Under the pieces are notes generated by a model that was given only the letters and a program-made list of their open reading frames with translations, was not told the origin of the DNA and searched no databases. The position numbers were made by a program, and so were the translations under genes. Shown one piece after another: positions 49,928-64,000 of a DNA stretch of 64,000 bases. The DNA comes from Chiloscyllium plagiosum. Taxonomy: Eukaryota. The stretch is from NCBI RefSeq assembly GCF_004010195.1, contig NC_057736.1, positions 13,388,123 through 13,452,122 on the forward strand. The letters are read 5' to 3'. Each line of letters starts with the position of its first letter. The first letter of the stretch is position 1.

Positions 49928-52190
49928 AATGAATAGTTAAAGATAGTTGAATTGAGCAGATCTTAAAAATGTGTGCTCGCAATCGAAGACAGTCTGTTTC
50001 TTCCAGCGGATTTGAAACTTTAATGTATTCGATTCCTTCTTTAACTTGTATGCATTATGTTGCAAACCGCTCTAGTAAGACTGTAACCAGAGTAAATGCA
50101 ATAAATGTGATGTTTATGAGCAAGAAATTGAGCTGAAAAAGTGGGTGTGTAGTGCAATTGTTTGTCGCATTGAAGTGTGTATTTTGTTCCTGAAAAGATT
50201 GGCTCTGCTGTAGTGCAGTGTCTAAGACCTCTCTTGTCACATGCTCACTCTGGATAGGTGCCCTTTTTCTTACTGTAGGTACCTCATTAGTGCATGAATC
50301 TCATTTTACCACATTCCAGTGTCTCGACTTTGGTTCTGAGAAACTGCACTTTAATTCACTGGACCTGGGTCAGCCCCAGTGCCTTAGCAGGCAATGGGCA
50401 GTAGGAGAAAACCCTACCATGGAATCCTTGAACAACAGGAAGAGATAAAACGGTGTGAAGAGTGAATACAAAGATGGCATTCAATTTGCAGGGATGCTAA
50501 TAAAATGATCATTCCCAACTGGGCTACAAGGGTGTGATTCCCATCCGCCTCATTCAGTATTTAAGCATAAGGCAGCTCAATCTGATGCGTTACGGGAGCT
50601 TTTCCAATCGATAAATTGGAAGTCAAAATAAATCTAAATGTTCACCCTGTCTGGTTTAGAAAGTGATTTATTTCCAGATTAATGCAGAGGAATTCCACTG
50701 GCGTCACAACAGAAAGGAGCTTTCTTTGTGACGTCTCGAGCAGTTTGCGCATCCGCAGCTTCTCAATGGCTAACGATAAATGGAAAGGAAGATCTCAATC
50801 CAGGGTAAGCCACAATAGAGGAAGAAAAGCAAGGAAAAGCCAGGGCTAAATAAAACATCGCGACCCGCCACTGTGCTGCAAGACTGGCCCAGACAGGGTA
50901 AGAGAAGATTCTGTATTTGAATGCACAACTGTATTTTGAACCCATGCAATAAATTAATGCATGTCAGCAATTGCTAGAGGTGTTCAAAACGCTGCAGTTT
51001 CTCCCCGTAGCACCCTTCCCTTGAAATGCATCGTTCTTGAAAATCTCTATCTATTCCAATGCAATGCAATCCTAGAGAGGAACAAGGTTAGACATTTTCC
51101 AGAGATTTTGCCAGTTTGCTGAAACATTGAGACAGATGTGAATCTGAAAATGAGTTATAATTAATGCAATAGGAAATGGATCTGATATTGACATCATCAC
51201 GATTTGCAAAAAGAAAGGCTGCTTGTATTTGTAGGTTGTGTTTGCTCAGTACCTTGTACATGGTTTACCTATTCCCACGGTTCAGTTTCTGCTAAATTGC
51301 TTCAATTTCTGTTGCAGGTGAAGGTCAGTTTCTGAAATAAATATTATTTTTGGGTTCTCGGACCTGTAGTTCATCTTTGCTACCAGCTTTGAAAATAGGA
51401 ATTATATCGTTATGAGATGGCATAATTTTGTCGACAAAGACAATTTTGTGGGGGGGGGTCAATTAATGATTGACATAAACTCTTTCCTGCTGTTTCTTAA
51501 AGAATAGTGACATACCAAGACGTATAATTGAACGTGATGTTGACCAGCAAAGTGGTTGTCATGGTGATTACAGTAATTGCCTCATATGCGGGACATTTTA
51601 ATTTAGAATGCACCAATGGCTGGAAGCCTTGATCTGGTGCTATGTAACGCGACTCCAGGAGAATGCACGTTTGCACCATTCAATTGAATTTAACAAAACA
51701 TGATCAATTCCTTCCCGCAAATGATGAGGTGAGCGTTTACAAACGTGTGCTGTAGACTATATAAAAACTGGAACTTTTCTGTGGAGATGAAAGCATTTGA
51801 GAAAACCCAACAAGGATTTGACTTTTACACCGATATGTGAGGAAAACTTCAGACCATTAGAGAAAATTATGCCCCACCTATCCTAAACTTTAATAATTTA
51901 CATTCAAAAACTTTTTTTTTACCACAGTTTACACCATTGCTTTGTGGTGGTTGAACTCTCACATGATGTTGGTAGCTTCCTGGTTCCTTGCTGATGCTGG
52001 CTCTAGTGTGTCTAATGGGAAGTGTGGGAGGTCACTCAGCAAGCTCGATTTTAACTCCTTCGTTCCATGTCCACGGGAAGCTTGTGCAAAACATCCTGCT
52101 TGATGTTCCACTTTTCCCACCCTGCAATTGTTTATGAGTGCTGGTGCTTATTGCAATTTCCCTACCTTTACAATTACAGGATAATCTAGT

Positions 52191-52351
52191 TTGAAAAATG
52201 TGTTGCTGGAAAAACACAGCAGGTCAGGCAGCATCCAAGGAGCCTGAAATGTCGATTCTCTTGCTCCTTGGATGCTGCCTGACCTGCTGTGCTTTTCCAG
52301 CAACACATTTTTCAGCTCTGATCTCCAGCACCTGCAGTCCTCACTTTCTCC
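52191..52351. mobile_element. Palindromic mini Penelope-like insertion
   Basis: Inverted arms; TSD caggataatctagt at 52177-52190 and 52352-52365. Confidence 0.9.
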
Positions 52352-52445
52352 CAGGATAATCTAGTACAGAGCAGGCTGGGGTTTGCCTATGCTGTGTGCC
52401 ACATTGACTTCCACTTACTTCAACACTGTGTTTATGGGAGACAAA

Positions 52446-52812
52446 GAGTCATAGAGATGTACAGCACAGAAACAGACCCTTCGGTCCAACTCATTCATGC
52501 CAACCAGATATCTCGCCCTAATCTAGTCCCACCTACCAGCACCCGGCCCATATTCATCCAAATCCTTCCTTTTCATATACCCACCCAGATGCTTTTTAAA
52601 TGTTGCAATTGTACCAGCCTCCACCACTTCCTTTGGTAGCCCATTCCACATACGCACTATCCTCTGCGTGAAAACATTGCCCCTTAGGTCTCTTTTATAT
52701 CTTTCCTCTCTGACCCTAAACGTATGCCCTTTAGTTCTGGACTCTCCCACCCCAGGGAAAAGACCTTGTCTATTTACCTTATCCATGCCCCTCATGAGTT
52801 TATAAACCTCTA
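52446..52812 (-). mobile_element. CR1 3' end (HER1-like)
   Basis: Close match to 4216-4544. Confidence 0.85.
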
Positions 52813-54627
52813 TAGAACATAGAACATTACAGTGCAGTACAGGCCATCGGCCCTCGAAGTTGCGCCAACCTGTCATACCAATCTGAAGCCCATCTAACCT
52901 ACGCTATTCCATCTACGTCCATATGCTTGTCAATGATCACTTAAAGTTGGCAAATCTACTACCGTTGCAGGCAAAGCATTCCATACCCTTACTACTCTCT
53001 CTGAGTAAAGAAACTATCTCTGACATCTGTCCTATGTCTATCACCCCTCAATTTAAAGCTATGCCTCCTCGTACTAGCCGTCACCATACTTGGAAAAAGG
53101 CTCTCCCTGTCCATCCTATCTAACTCTCTGATTATCTTATATGTCTCTTTTAAGTCACCTCTCAACCTTCTTTCCAACGAAAACAGCCTCAAGTAGCCTT
53201 TCCTCGTAAGACCTTCCCGCCATACCAGGCAACATTCGAGTAAATCTCCCCTGCACCCTTTCCAAAGCTTCCACATCCTTCTTATAATGCGGTGACCAGA
53301 ACCCAGAACTGTACACAATACTCCAAGTGCGGCCACACCAGAGTTTTGTACAGCGGCAGCATAACCTCGTGGTTCCGGAACTTGATCCCTCTATTAATAA
53401 AAGCTAAAACACTGTATGCCTTCTTAACAACCTTGTCAACCTGGGTGGCAACTTTCAAGGATCTGTGTACCTGGACAGTGAGATCTCTCTGCTCATCTAC
53501 ACTACGAAGAATCTTACCATTAGCCCAGTACTTTGCATTCCGGTTACTCCGACCAAAGTGAAACACCTCACACTTGTCCGCATTAAACTCCATTTGCCAC
53601 CTCTCAGCCCAGCTCTGCGGCTTATCTATGTCTCTCTGTAACCTACAACATCCTTCGTCACTATCACAACTCCACCAATCTTAGTGTCATTTGCAAATTT
53701 ACTAACCCACCCTTCTACGCCCTCATCCAGGTAGTTTATAAAAACAGCAGTGGACCCAACACTGACCCTTGCGTTACACCACTAGTAACTGGACTCCAGG
53801 ATGAACATTTCCCATCAACCACCACCCTCTGTCTTCTTTGAGCAAGCCAATTACTGATCCAAACTGCTACATCTCCCACAATCCCATTCCTCCACATTTT
53901 GTACAATAGCCTACTGTGGGGAATCTTATCGAACTCCTTGCTGAAATCCATATACACCACATCAACTGGTTTACTCTCATCTACCTGTTTGGTCACCTTC
54001 TCAAAGAACTCAATAAGGTTTGTGAGGCACGACCTCCCCTTCACAACAGCGTGCTGACTATCCCTAATCAAATTATTCTTTTCGAGATGATTATAAATCC
54101 TATCTCTTATAACCTTTTCCAATACTTCACCAACAACTGAAGTAAGGCTCACTGGTCTATAATTACCAGGGTTGGCTCTACTCCCCTTCTTGAACAGGGG
54201 AACCACATTTGCTACCCTCCAGTCTTCTGGCACTATTCCTGTAGACCATGACGATTTAAAGATCAATGCCTAAGGCTCGGCAATCTCCTCCCTGGCTTCC
54301 CAGAGGATCCTAGGATAAATCCCATCTGGCCCAAGGGAATTATCTATTTTCACACTCTGCAGGATTTCTAATACCTCTTCATTGTGAACCTCAATCCCAC
54401 CTAGTCTAATAGCCTGTATCTCAATATTTTCCTCGACAACATTGTCGTTTTCTAGAGTGAATACCATAGAAAAATATTCATTTAGTGTTTCCCCTATCTC
54501 CTCTGACTCCACGCATAACTTCCCACTACTATCCTCGATTGGCCCTAATCTTACTCTCGTCATTCTTTTATTCCTTAAATACCTATAGAAAGCCTTAGGG
54601 CTTACCCTGATCCTATCTGCCAACAAC
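52813..54627 (-). mobile_element. CR1 LINE, second subfamily, 5'-truncated
   Basis: NYRPVSLTSVVG, VVYMDFSK, SGVTQGSVLGP, RPHLEYC-like motifs; agaacat-repeat 3' end. Confidence 0.9.
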
Positions 54628-55569
54628 TGGCAAGAATATCATTTACTGGCTATCTCTAATTGCCCTTGACAAGGTGCCAGTTGGCTCTCCATTTGAAGTA
54701 TTGCAGCCCATGTGATGAAGGTAGACTTTATTGGGGAAGTCTAAGGTTTGAACCCAGTGACACCAAATGGACAGAGACTCATTTCAAAGTCAGACCAGTG
54801 TGTAAGTCGGAGGAAAAGATGAAGGCTGTGATGTTCACGTGAGCTTGCTGAACTTAAGATTTTTAAACTCTTACTTTATTTTATGATTTACTTTTGTTTC
54901 TTAGTCCAGGCTTTTGATCCCATTCATTTCCTCTAGTCTCCTTTCTGTACCTGATCGGACATTGAATCCACTCATTATCCCAAATTCATTTCCTCTGTTT
55001 ATTTCTAAATCCTTAAATCCCATTGTAGTCACCCAGTTTGTCCCATTATTTGCCAAGGTTCTAAATGCCTTGATAGAGCTATCGCTGTGCTCTTACCAGC
55101 TCTCAATTCCAATAACTTGGAGCAATGTTTTTTATATCCCCAGGCTGCAATTTTAAGTCTATCTAATGGCACACTAACAAAATTTGGCTCTATGTATTGT
55201 TAAAATCATGAATGGTTTTGGTCTACTTTTTGGCTATAGCAATAGTGAACTTTAAAGCAAACTCCATTTGCTGGTGTACATGAAGTTTTAATGGGAATAT
55301 TCACACAGGATCCCATGATTTGGGAAACTATTTTACATGCTCAAACTGCAGTATTCTAATGTATAATAGTCAAATCCTTTGAAGGTGTGAATGCCCTTTA
55401 GCTGTGGTCTTGCTGTTCATTAATCTGTATGAGATGTTTCAACTTCAGAAATAAAAGCATTTGGCAATCACAGTAACTAGTTCAATCTTGAAATTCAGTT
55501 TGACTGCAGTTTTGCATTATATAGAGTTGATACATTAGCCATAAATATTAACACAAAACAATACAGCTC

Positions 55570-55875
55570 TAGAATCCGTACAGTGTGGAAGCAGGGCATT
55601 CAGCTCATCGAGTTTACACCAATTCCCCAAACAGCATTCCACCCAGACCTGCTCCATTCCTGTAAGTCTGCATTTCCCATGGCTAATCCACCTGGCATGC
55701 ACTTCCTTGGACACCATGGACAACTTAACATGGTCATTTCGCTTAACCTGCACATCTTTGGACTGTGGGAGGTATCCGGAGCACCCAGGGAAATCCACAC
55801 AGACAGTGGGAGAATGTGCAGACTGCACTTATACAGTTGTCTGAGGGTGGAATTGAACATGGGTCCCTGCCCTGT
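55570..55875 (-). mobile_element. HE1-like SINE, 5' part missing
   Basis: Homologous to 49638-49927. Confidence 0.75.
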
Positions 55876-56204
55876 GTCTACTATGCTCAGTATTTGTATT
55901 GCATTCATTTTTAATCACCTGCTTCTTGTCTTTCTGTTGTTTTTAAACCCTGAATCATGTACCAAACGCTGACTCATGTTATCAGACTTCAGTATTAGCC
56001 ACTAGGTGACACTCAGGAGCTTCCTTTAGCTGAATGGCGGAAGAGAACACTTTTTAGCTCAGCACCTTCTGTAAGCTCACGAAAGTTTTGTTGCAGCATC
56101 ACCTGGTTTTGTCTTAGTTTTACCATTTTTAATAGGACTCTTAGTAAATCTACCAAAGATTGTCTTTGTCTTTGTCTCGAAACATCCCTATTTTATTTTG
56201 AAAA

Positions 56205-56495
56205 ACGCCAAAGAACTGTGGATACTGGAAATTAGAAACAAAAATAGAAATTGATGGGAAAACTCAGCATGTCTGGCAGCTTCTGGGGAGAGAATTCAGA
56301 ATTAATGTTTCATGACTAGTAACCTTCCTCAGAACTGATGGTACCTTGGAGAATGTTTTTTATGCAGAAGATGGAGTGGGGGCTGGGAGTAAGGAATAAA
56401 CAATAGGTGGGCTTAAAGCCTAGAGAGAGAACAGTCAGACAGACTAAGGAGTGGATGTCAGTCTGGCTAAGGAGGTGAATAGCTGTTGATGGGGA
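56205..56495 (-). mobile_element. Old PLE tail with divergent hammerhead motif at 56304-56332
   Basis: Reverse complement cagttCTGAGGA...GAAACATTaatt. Confidence 0.55.
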
Positions 56496-57182
56496 TAATT
56501 TGCACATTTTCTTTTATAAAATACTGTATAGTCTTCAAGTGGCTTTGATCAGGGTGAGATGACTCCCCCAGTTGAAGTAAAATTGGAACTGACTCAACAC
56601 ACATCGATCATCTAACATTGGCAAGGTTCGAAAACACATTTGTGCTATACAACTGCCAGGCAATGACCACCTCCAATAACAAAATCCTTAGAGGGGAGCT
56701 CAAGAGTTAGGCAGCAGAACTGAGGAAATGAGCAAGGGAGCAAATGGGTTGCAAGCAGAAGGGAGAGAAGTGGGTGACTGGCATGAATCACAGATATGAA
56801 GTGTTGAATTGGATACAGGAGCTAAATACAAAGTGATGTCATAAATATTTATGTAGCCTACAGATTTGCAATGTTAGATTTACAGGTTAGGAACTTAATC
56901 CAGCATCATCACATTTTTATGGGAAAATGATTTTTGTTCAACACATTTTCATTTAGCGCACTTTTTAAAGGAAATTTATTAGGTCAGCTAAACAAAGAAT
57001 AGCTGTACTCCCTTTTTGTAATTTAACATTTGGAGTCAGATATTATTCTGCTGAATCTTAATTCATGACCTCCAAAGCCAAATACTTATAGCACACTAGG
57101 TGTGGCACCACCAGGATTTTGTATAACTGATGCAGAGTTTCCAGAACCTGCATTTTTTAGTGATCTAGATAAAAAGGAATAT

Positions 57183-58565
57183 TTTTCTTTTAATTCGCTC
57201 TTGGGATGTGGGCATTGCTGACTGACCAGCATTTATTGACTGTCCCTAGACGCCTTCAAGAAGGTGGTGATGAGCTGCCTTCTTGAACCACTGCAGTTCA
57301 TGTAATGTAGGTAGCCCCCACAATGCCCTTAGGGAGGGAATTCCAGGATTTTGACCCAGTGACAGTGAAGGAATCATGATATATTTCCAAGTGAGGATGA
57401 TGAGTGACTTGGACGGGAACCTGGAGGTGGTGTTCCCATGTTACTGCTGGCATTGTCCTTCCAGATGGAAGTAGTCATGGGTTTGGAAGGTGTTGTCTAA
57501 GGACCTTTGATAATTTCCTGCAGTGCATTTTATAGATAGTACACACTGCTGCTACTGGGCATGATGGTGGATGGAGTGGATGTTTGTGGATATGGTGCCA
57601 TTCAAGTGGGCTGCTTTGTCTTGGATGCTGTCAAGCTTCTTTAGTGTTGTTGGAGCTGCACTCATCCAGGCAAGTGGAGAGTATTCCATCACACTCCTGA
57701 CTTATGCCTGGGGATGACGGGCAGGCTTTGGGGAGTCAGGAGGTATGTTACTCACCGCAGTATTCATAACCTCTGACCTGCTGTTGTAGCACTGTGTTTA
57801 TGTGGTGAGTCCAGTTGAGTTTCTGGTCACTGCTCAGCAATAACCTGCTTAGTGACACCCGGTTTGGGTTCCACCAGGGTCATTCAGCTCCAGATCTCAT
57901 TATAGCCTTGGCTCAATCATGGATAAAAAAGCTGAATTTCAGAGGTGACGTGAGATTTGATAGCCCTAGACATCAAGGCTGTGTTTAACTAAGTGAAGGA
58001 GCCCTAGCAAAACTGGAATCAATGGGTATCGGGGGCAAACACTCCGGTGGTTGGAGTCAGACCTGACAGATAGGAAGATAATTGCGGTTGTTCGAGGTCA
58101 GTCATCTCAGCTCCTGGACATCTTTGCAGGAGTTCCTCAGGGTGGTGTCCTAGGCCCAACTATTTACAGCTGTTTCATCAATAACCTTCCATCAAAAGGT
58201 CAGAAGTGGGGATGTTTGTCAATGACTGTTCAGCAATGTTCATGACTCCTTAGACACTGAAGCAGTCCATGTTCAAATGGAACATAATCTGGAAAAATAC
58301 CCAGGCTTGGGCTGGCAAATAGGAAGTAATATTCACACTACACAAATGCCATGCAATGATAATCTCCAATAAGAGATTATCTAACTGCAATCCTTTGACA
58401 TTCAATAGCATTGCTATCACTGAATCTCGCACTATCACCATCCTTGGGATTACCAGTGACCTATATATGTCCTATACATAAAAAGCAGGACAAATCCAAC
58501 CTGGCTAATTACTACTCCATCAGTCGACTCTTGACCATCAGTAAAGTGATGGAAGTTGTCATCAA
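57183..58565. mobile_element. Old CR1/L2-group LINE: 3' end on minus (57183-57815) followed by an inverted RT fragment on plus
   Basis: AGVPQGGVLGP and KKQDKSNLANYYSIS motifs; tail shared with SINE 28030-28340. Confidence 0.75.
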
Positions 58566-58573
58566 CAGTGTTT

Positions 58574-60390
58574 CATATACCCATCCAAATGCCTTTTAAA
58601 TGTTGTAATTGTACTAGCCTCCAGCACTTCCTCTGGCAGCTCATTCCATACACGTACCACCCTCTGCGTGAAAACATTGCCTCTTAGAGGTCCCTTTTAA
58701 ATCTTTCCCCTCCCACCCTAAACCTATGTCCTCTAGTTCTGGACTCTCGCACCCTAGGCAGAAGCCTTTTATCTATTTATGCTATCCATGCCCATCATGA
58801 TTTTATAAATATGGAGTGGTTAAAAGACCAGTATCTGTAATGCTGTGGACCATTGGAGGACTCTGAGATGGATGATACACTTGGCACTTCCTGCTGAAGA
58901 TTGATGCAAATGCTTCAACCTTATCTTTTGTGCTGATGTGCTGGACCCCTCTATCATTGAGCATGGAGATATTTGTGGAACCTCCTCCTCCATTGTTTAA
59001 TTATCCCCCACCATTCACAACTGGATGTGGCAGGTCTGCAGAGCTTAGATCTGATTGTGGGATGGCTTAGCTCTAACTAGCACTTAAGACCAAAAGACCA
59101 TAAGAAATAGGAGTGGAAGTAGGGCCATTCTGCCCATCGAGTCCACTCTTCCATTCAATCATGGCTAATGGGCATTTCAACGCCACTTACCCGCACTTTC
59201 CCCGTATCCCTTAATTCTTTGAGATTAGAATTTATCAATCTCTGCCTTGAAGACAATTAACATCCTGGCCTCCACTGTGCTCCGTGGCTTCCACGGCCCA
59301 CCACTCTGTCTGAAGAAATGTTTCCTCATTTCTGTTCTAAATTGACCCTCTCTAATTCTAAGGCTGTGCCCACAAGTCCTAGTATCCCAGCCTGACGGAA
59401 ACAATTTCCCGGCATCCACCCTTTCTAAGCCATGCATTATCTTTTAGGTTTCTATTAGATCTCCCCTCAACTTTCTTAAATCTAACAAATACAATCCCAG
59501 GATCTTCAGCCGTTAATCGTATGTTAGGCCTACCATTCCAGGGATCATCCATGTGAATCTCTGCTGGATGTGCTCCAGTGCCAGTATGTCCTTCTTGAGG
59601 TGTGGGGCCCATAAGTGGGCACAGTATTCTAAATGGGGCCTAGCCAGAGTTTTATAAAGTCTTAGTAGCACCTCACTGCTTTTACATTCCAACCCTCTTG
59701 AAATAAATGACAACATTACATTTACTTTCTTAACCGTGGACTCAACTTGCGAGTCAACCTTTAGACAATCCAGTACTAGCATTCCCAGATCCCTTTGTAC
59801 TTTGGCTTTATGAATTTTCTCACTGTTTATAAAATAGTCCATGCCTTTGTTCTTTTTTCCAAAGTGCAAAGACCTCGCATTTGCTAACATTGAATTTCAT
59901 CAGCCATTTTTTAGACCATTCTCCTAAACTGTCTAAATCTTTCTGTAGCCTCCCCACCTCCTCAGAACTACCTGCCTGTCCACCTAACTTCGTATCATCG
60001 ACAAACTTGGCCAGAATTCCATCCAGATCATTGTGGCTTACACTGTTTGGCATGCAAGTAGTTCTAATTGGTAGCTTCACCAGGTTGACACCTCGTTTCT
60101 TGGTGTGCCCAGTGCTGCTTCTGGCATACCCTCCTGCACTCTTCATTGAACCAGGGTTGATCCCTTGTCTTAATGGTAGTGATTGAGTGGGGGCTAAACC
60201 ATACCGTGAGATTGCAGATGTGACCATAATTACAATGTTTAAAAGACATTTGAATAAGTAGATAAATAGGAATGGTTTGGAGGCATGTGGGCCAGGAGGA
60301 GGTAAGTGGAACTAGTTTAGTTTGGGATTATGTTTGGCATGGACTGGTTGGACCAAAAGTGTCTGTTTCCATGCTGTGTGACTCTGTAAG
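58574..60390. mobile_element. Nested LINE fragments, including a CR1 3' portion at 59087-60020 (-)
   Basis: KFVDDTKLGG and LYKTLARPHLEYC motifs; flanking pieces of the older LINE; CR1 3' end at 60230-60390 (+). Confidence 0.75.
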
Positions 60391-61031
60391 TCTGAGTTCA
60401 AGTATGTTTTTCCCTTTTGCTGGTTCCCTCACCACCTGTGCACACCCAGTCTTGCAGCTATATCCTTTAGGACCCGACCAGCTTGTTTATAACATTTTAA
60501 TGATCTATGTACACTGGTAAACTGTGAATGAAGGTGTTAATTCCTATAGAGCTATATTCTGGCATTTATCCTGATAGGTACTGCCATTATTAAGCAATTC
60601 TGAAAGGTTAATTGCTCTAATTTGCTGTGTTTCCTGCACTATTCTGTCATGATTTACATCTAATTTAAAATAATTTCTATTGTATGGGGCTAGATGTGTT
60701 TTCTCCCCTTTTTCCCTCCCAACTACTGATTTCTTTCATCTTGTGAAAGCTATAGTTTGTTACTTCCTTCTTTGTAGGATCTATTCGTGCACATATTGGC
60801 TTGAATGTTCACAACAAGAGGCACTCATGATTGTTACTTGTAGATATTTTCTAATCAGTCAACTTTACTGATGATTGGGAGTAGACTGACGGGCCAGTAA
60901 TTAGCTGGGTTGGATTTGTCCTGTTTTTCTCTACAGGATGTACATGGTCAATTTTCCACATTGTTGAATATATGCTGGTCTTGTTGCTGTACTGAACAAC
61001 TTGGCGAGAGGCATGTTAAGTTTTAGAACTC

Positions 61032-63105
61032 AAGACTGATTGGGGGCAGATGTTCGCAGGTAAAGGGACGGCTGGAAAATGGGAAGCCTTCAGAAATGAG
61101 ATAACTAGAGTCCAGAGACAGTTTATTCCTGTTAGGGTGAAAGGAAAGGCTGGTAGGTATGGGGAATGCTGGATGACTAAAGAAATTGAGGGTTTGGTTA
61201 AGAAAAAAAAGGAAGCATATGTCAGGTATAGACAAGATAGATCGAATGAATCCTTAGAGTGTAAAGGAAGTAGGAGTATACTTAACAGGGAAATCAGGAG
61301 GGCAAAAAGGGGACATAAGATAGCTTTGGTAAATAGAGTTAAGGAGAATCCAAAGGGTTTTTACAAATACATTAATGTCAAAAGGTAACTAGGGAGAGAA
61401 GAGGTCCCCTCAAAGATCAGCAAGGTGGCCTTTGTGTGGAACTGCAGAAGATGGAGGAGATACTAAACGAGTATTTTGTGGAAAAGGACATGGAAGATAT
61501 AGAATGTAGGGAAATAGGTGGTGACATCTTGAAAAATGTCCATATTACAGAGGAGGAAGTGCTGGATGTCATAAAACACATAAAAGTGGATAAATCCCCA
61601 AGACCCTGTTCAAGTGTCCCCCAGAATTCTGTGGGAAGCTAGGGAAGTGATTCCATGGCCCTTTACTGAGATATTTGTATCATGGATCGTCACAGGTGAG
61701 GTACTGGAAGACTGGAGGTTGGCTAAAGTAGTGCCACTGTTTAAGAAAGGTGGGATGAACAAGCCAGGGAACTATAGACCAGTGAGCCTAATGTTGGTGG
61801 TGGGCAAGTTGTTGGAGGGAATCCTGAGGGACAGGATGTATATGTATTTGGAAAGGCAAGGACTGATTGGGGAATAGTCAACATAGCTTTGTGCGTGGGA
61901 CATCATGTCTCACAAACTTGATTGGGTTTTTTTGAAGAATTGATGGATTGATGAGGGCAGAGTGGTGAACATGATCTATATGGACTTCAGTAAGGTGTTC
62001 AACAAGGTTCTTCATGGGAAACTGGTTGGCAAGGTTAGATCTCATGGAATACAGGGAAAACTAGCCACTTGGATACAAAACAGGCTCAAAGGTAGAAGAC
62101 AGAGGGTGGTGGTGGAGGGCCATATTTCTGACTGGAGGCTTGTGACACAGGATTGCCACAAGGATTGATGCTGGCTCCACTACCTTTCATCATTTATATA
62201 AATGATTTGGATGTGAGCATAAGATGTACAGTTAGTAAGTTTGCAGATGACATCAAAATTGGAGGTGTAGTGGACAGCGAACAAGGTTACCTCACATTAC
62301 AATGGGATCTTGATCAGATGGGCCAATGGGCTGAGAAGTGCCAGATGGAGTTTAATTTAGATAAGTGCAAGGTGCTGCAATTTGAGAAAGCAAATCTTAG
62401 CAGGACTTATACACTTAATGGTAGGGTCCTAGGGAGTGTTGTTGAACAAAGAGACCTTGGAGTGCAAGTTTATTGCTCCTTAAAAGTGGAGTTGCAGGTA
62501 AATAGGATAGTGAAGGCGGTGTTTGGTATGCTTTCCTTTATTGGTTCAGAGAATGCGTGCCATTCTGGTCTCCTTCCTATTTGGAAAGATGTTGTGATAC
62601 TTGAAAGGGTCCAGAAAAGATTTACAAGGATGTTGCCAGATTTGGAGGATTTGAACTATAGGGAGAGGCTGAATAGGCTGGGGCTGTTTTCCTTGGAGTG
62701 CTGGAGGCTGAGAGGTGCCCTTATAGAGGCTTTTAGAATTATGAGGGGCATGGATAGGGTAAATAGACAAAGTCTCTTCTTTGGAGTGGGGGAGTCCAGA
62801 ACTAGCAGGCATAGGTTTAGGGTGAGAGGGGAAAGATATACAAGAGAGATTGAAGGGGCAACTTTTTCATGCAGAGGGTGGTACATGTATGGAATGAGCT
62901 GCCAGAGGAAGTGGTGGAGGCGAGCACGATTGCAACATTTAAAAGTCATCTAGATGGGTATATGAATAGCAAGGGTTTGGAGGGATATGGGCCGGGTGCT
63001 GGCAGGTGGGACTAGATTGGGTTGGGATATCTGGTCAGCATGGACGGGTTGGACCGAAGGGTCTGTTTCCATGCTGTACATCTCTGACTCTTTGACTCTA
63101 TGACT
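61032..63105 (+). mobile_element. CR1 (HER1-like) LINE, 5'-truncated, inserted in an older LINE (60860-63410, minus)
   Basis: Same subfamily as 4216-9560; KFADDIKIGG, LERVQKRFTRM; ends with tgactctttgactctatgact. Confidence 0.92.
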
Positions 63106-63779
63106 TCAATACTATTGCTGGAGTGTTGTTAGGGCCCATAGCCTTTGCAGTATTCATTATCTTTCGCTGTTTCTTTTTATCACTTGGAGTGAATCGAATT
63201 GGCCGAAGACTAACATCTGTGAAGCTGCGACCTCTGGAGAAAGCCAAGATGGATTATCTACTTGTCACTTCTGGCTGAAGATTTTGCAAGTGCTTAGCGT
63301 GTTCTCTTTTGGAATGATGCACTGGATTCCCCAGTCATTGAGGATGGGGATATTCGTGGAAGCCTCTCCTCCTGTTAGATGTTTAATATCCACCAACATT
63401 CACGCTGATCAGGTTATCAGTCTGTCACAGCACAAAAACATTACCAACCAGGAACACAAGTGCTACTCTCTGAGGTCACGTCAATGGTGAATTATCCTTC
63501 CTCAGTGTTATTACAGTCTTCAACCACTCCATAGTCCTCCAACACCACATCCATTGTCTCAGTGGAACTTCCCTCACCTGGTTCCATTTTTATTTATCTG
63601 CCAATAGGAAGAATATTTCTAACAACTCTTTCTTTTCCCATTCCTGTGCCATTTCCTGTGCAGTCTAGGCACCTACCTTTGCTCCCTCCGCTTTTTCTTT
63701 ACATGCCTTGTAGACATGACCCATATATCTTTTTTTACCATTGTCTGTAGATGTTGAGTGAGCCTACATCTCCATGTAA

Positions 63780-63895
63780 AGGGTTGTTATGGTAATGTCC
63801 CTATCTCTGAGTCAGGAAGGTGCAAGTTCAAATCCCACCTGCTCCAGAGATGTGCAATATCAGCTTCAAGCAGGTTGGTTAGGAAGTGTCTACAT
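63780..63895 (+). mobile_element. Short tRNA-derived SINE, related to 21660-21790
   Basis: B-box-like agttcaaatccc. Confidence 0.5.
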
Positions 63896-64000
63896 CGAAC
63901 ACCCAAGCATGACTTTTCTACCACCATTTAACTGTCTTTATTGGTCTTGAAAGAACTGGAATTTATGCCCATTTAAATATGGATAAGATTGGCCATTGTC

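Noticed and set aside
62153-62953. 266-aa RT ORF as an active or domesticated gene
   Set aside because: Part of a 5'-truncated CR1 with frameshifts and an internal deletion
41400-64000. Exons of a downstream neighbour such as RNF19B (adjacent to AK2 in human)
   Set aside because: No RING/IBR-like translation or CpG-island first exon found in the window

Overview
Vertebrate genomic DNA, most likely a shark or other elasmobranch (HER1/CR1-type LINEs, HE1-type SINEs). The only host protein-coding gene I can support is adenylate kinase 2 (AK2). It is on the + strand with 6 coding exons (17373-31515, 241 aa, all GT-AG) and a candidate AK2B-type alternative last exon at 38859. It has a CpG promoter with an array of NRF1-like sites. 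A second CpG/CCAAT promoter sits at the left edge. The rest is mostly retroelements: CR1 LINEs (one near full length, with an esterase ORF1), an older LINE family, tRNA-derived SINEs, a solo LTR and many Penelope-like (Neptune-type, RT + GIY-YIG) elements. There are two N gaps. The most striking signal is the Penelope-like system. Its terminal repeat carries a minimal type-I hammerhead ribozyme motif (about 13 copies). It repeatedly forms short, mostly head-to-head palindromic insertions with 9-17 bp target-site duplications, whose breakpoints cluster at the ribozyme. One insertion has captured an inverted copy of neighbouring host DNA.
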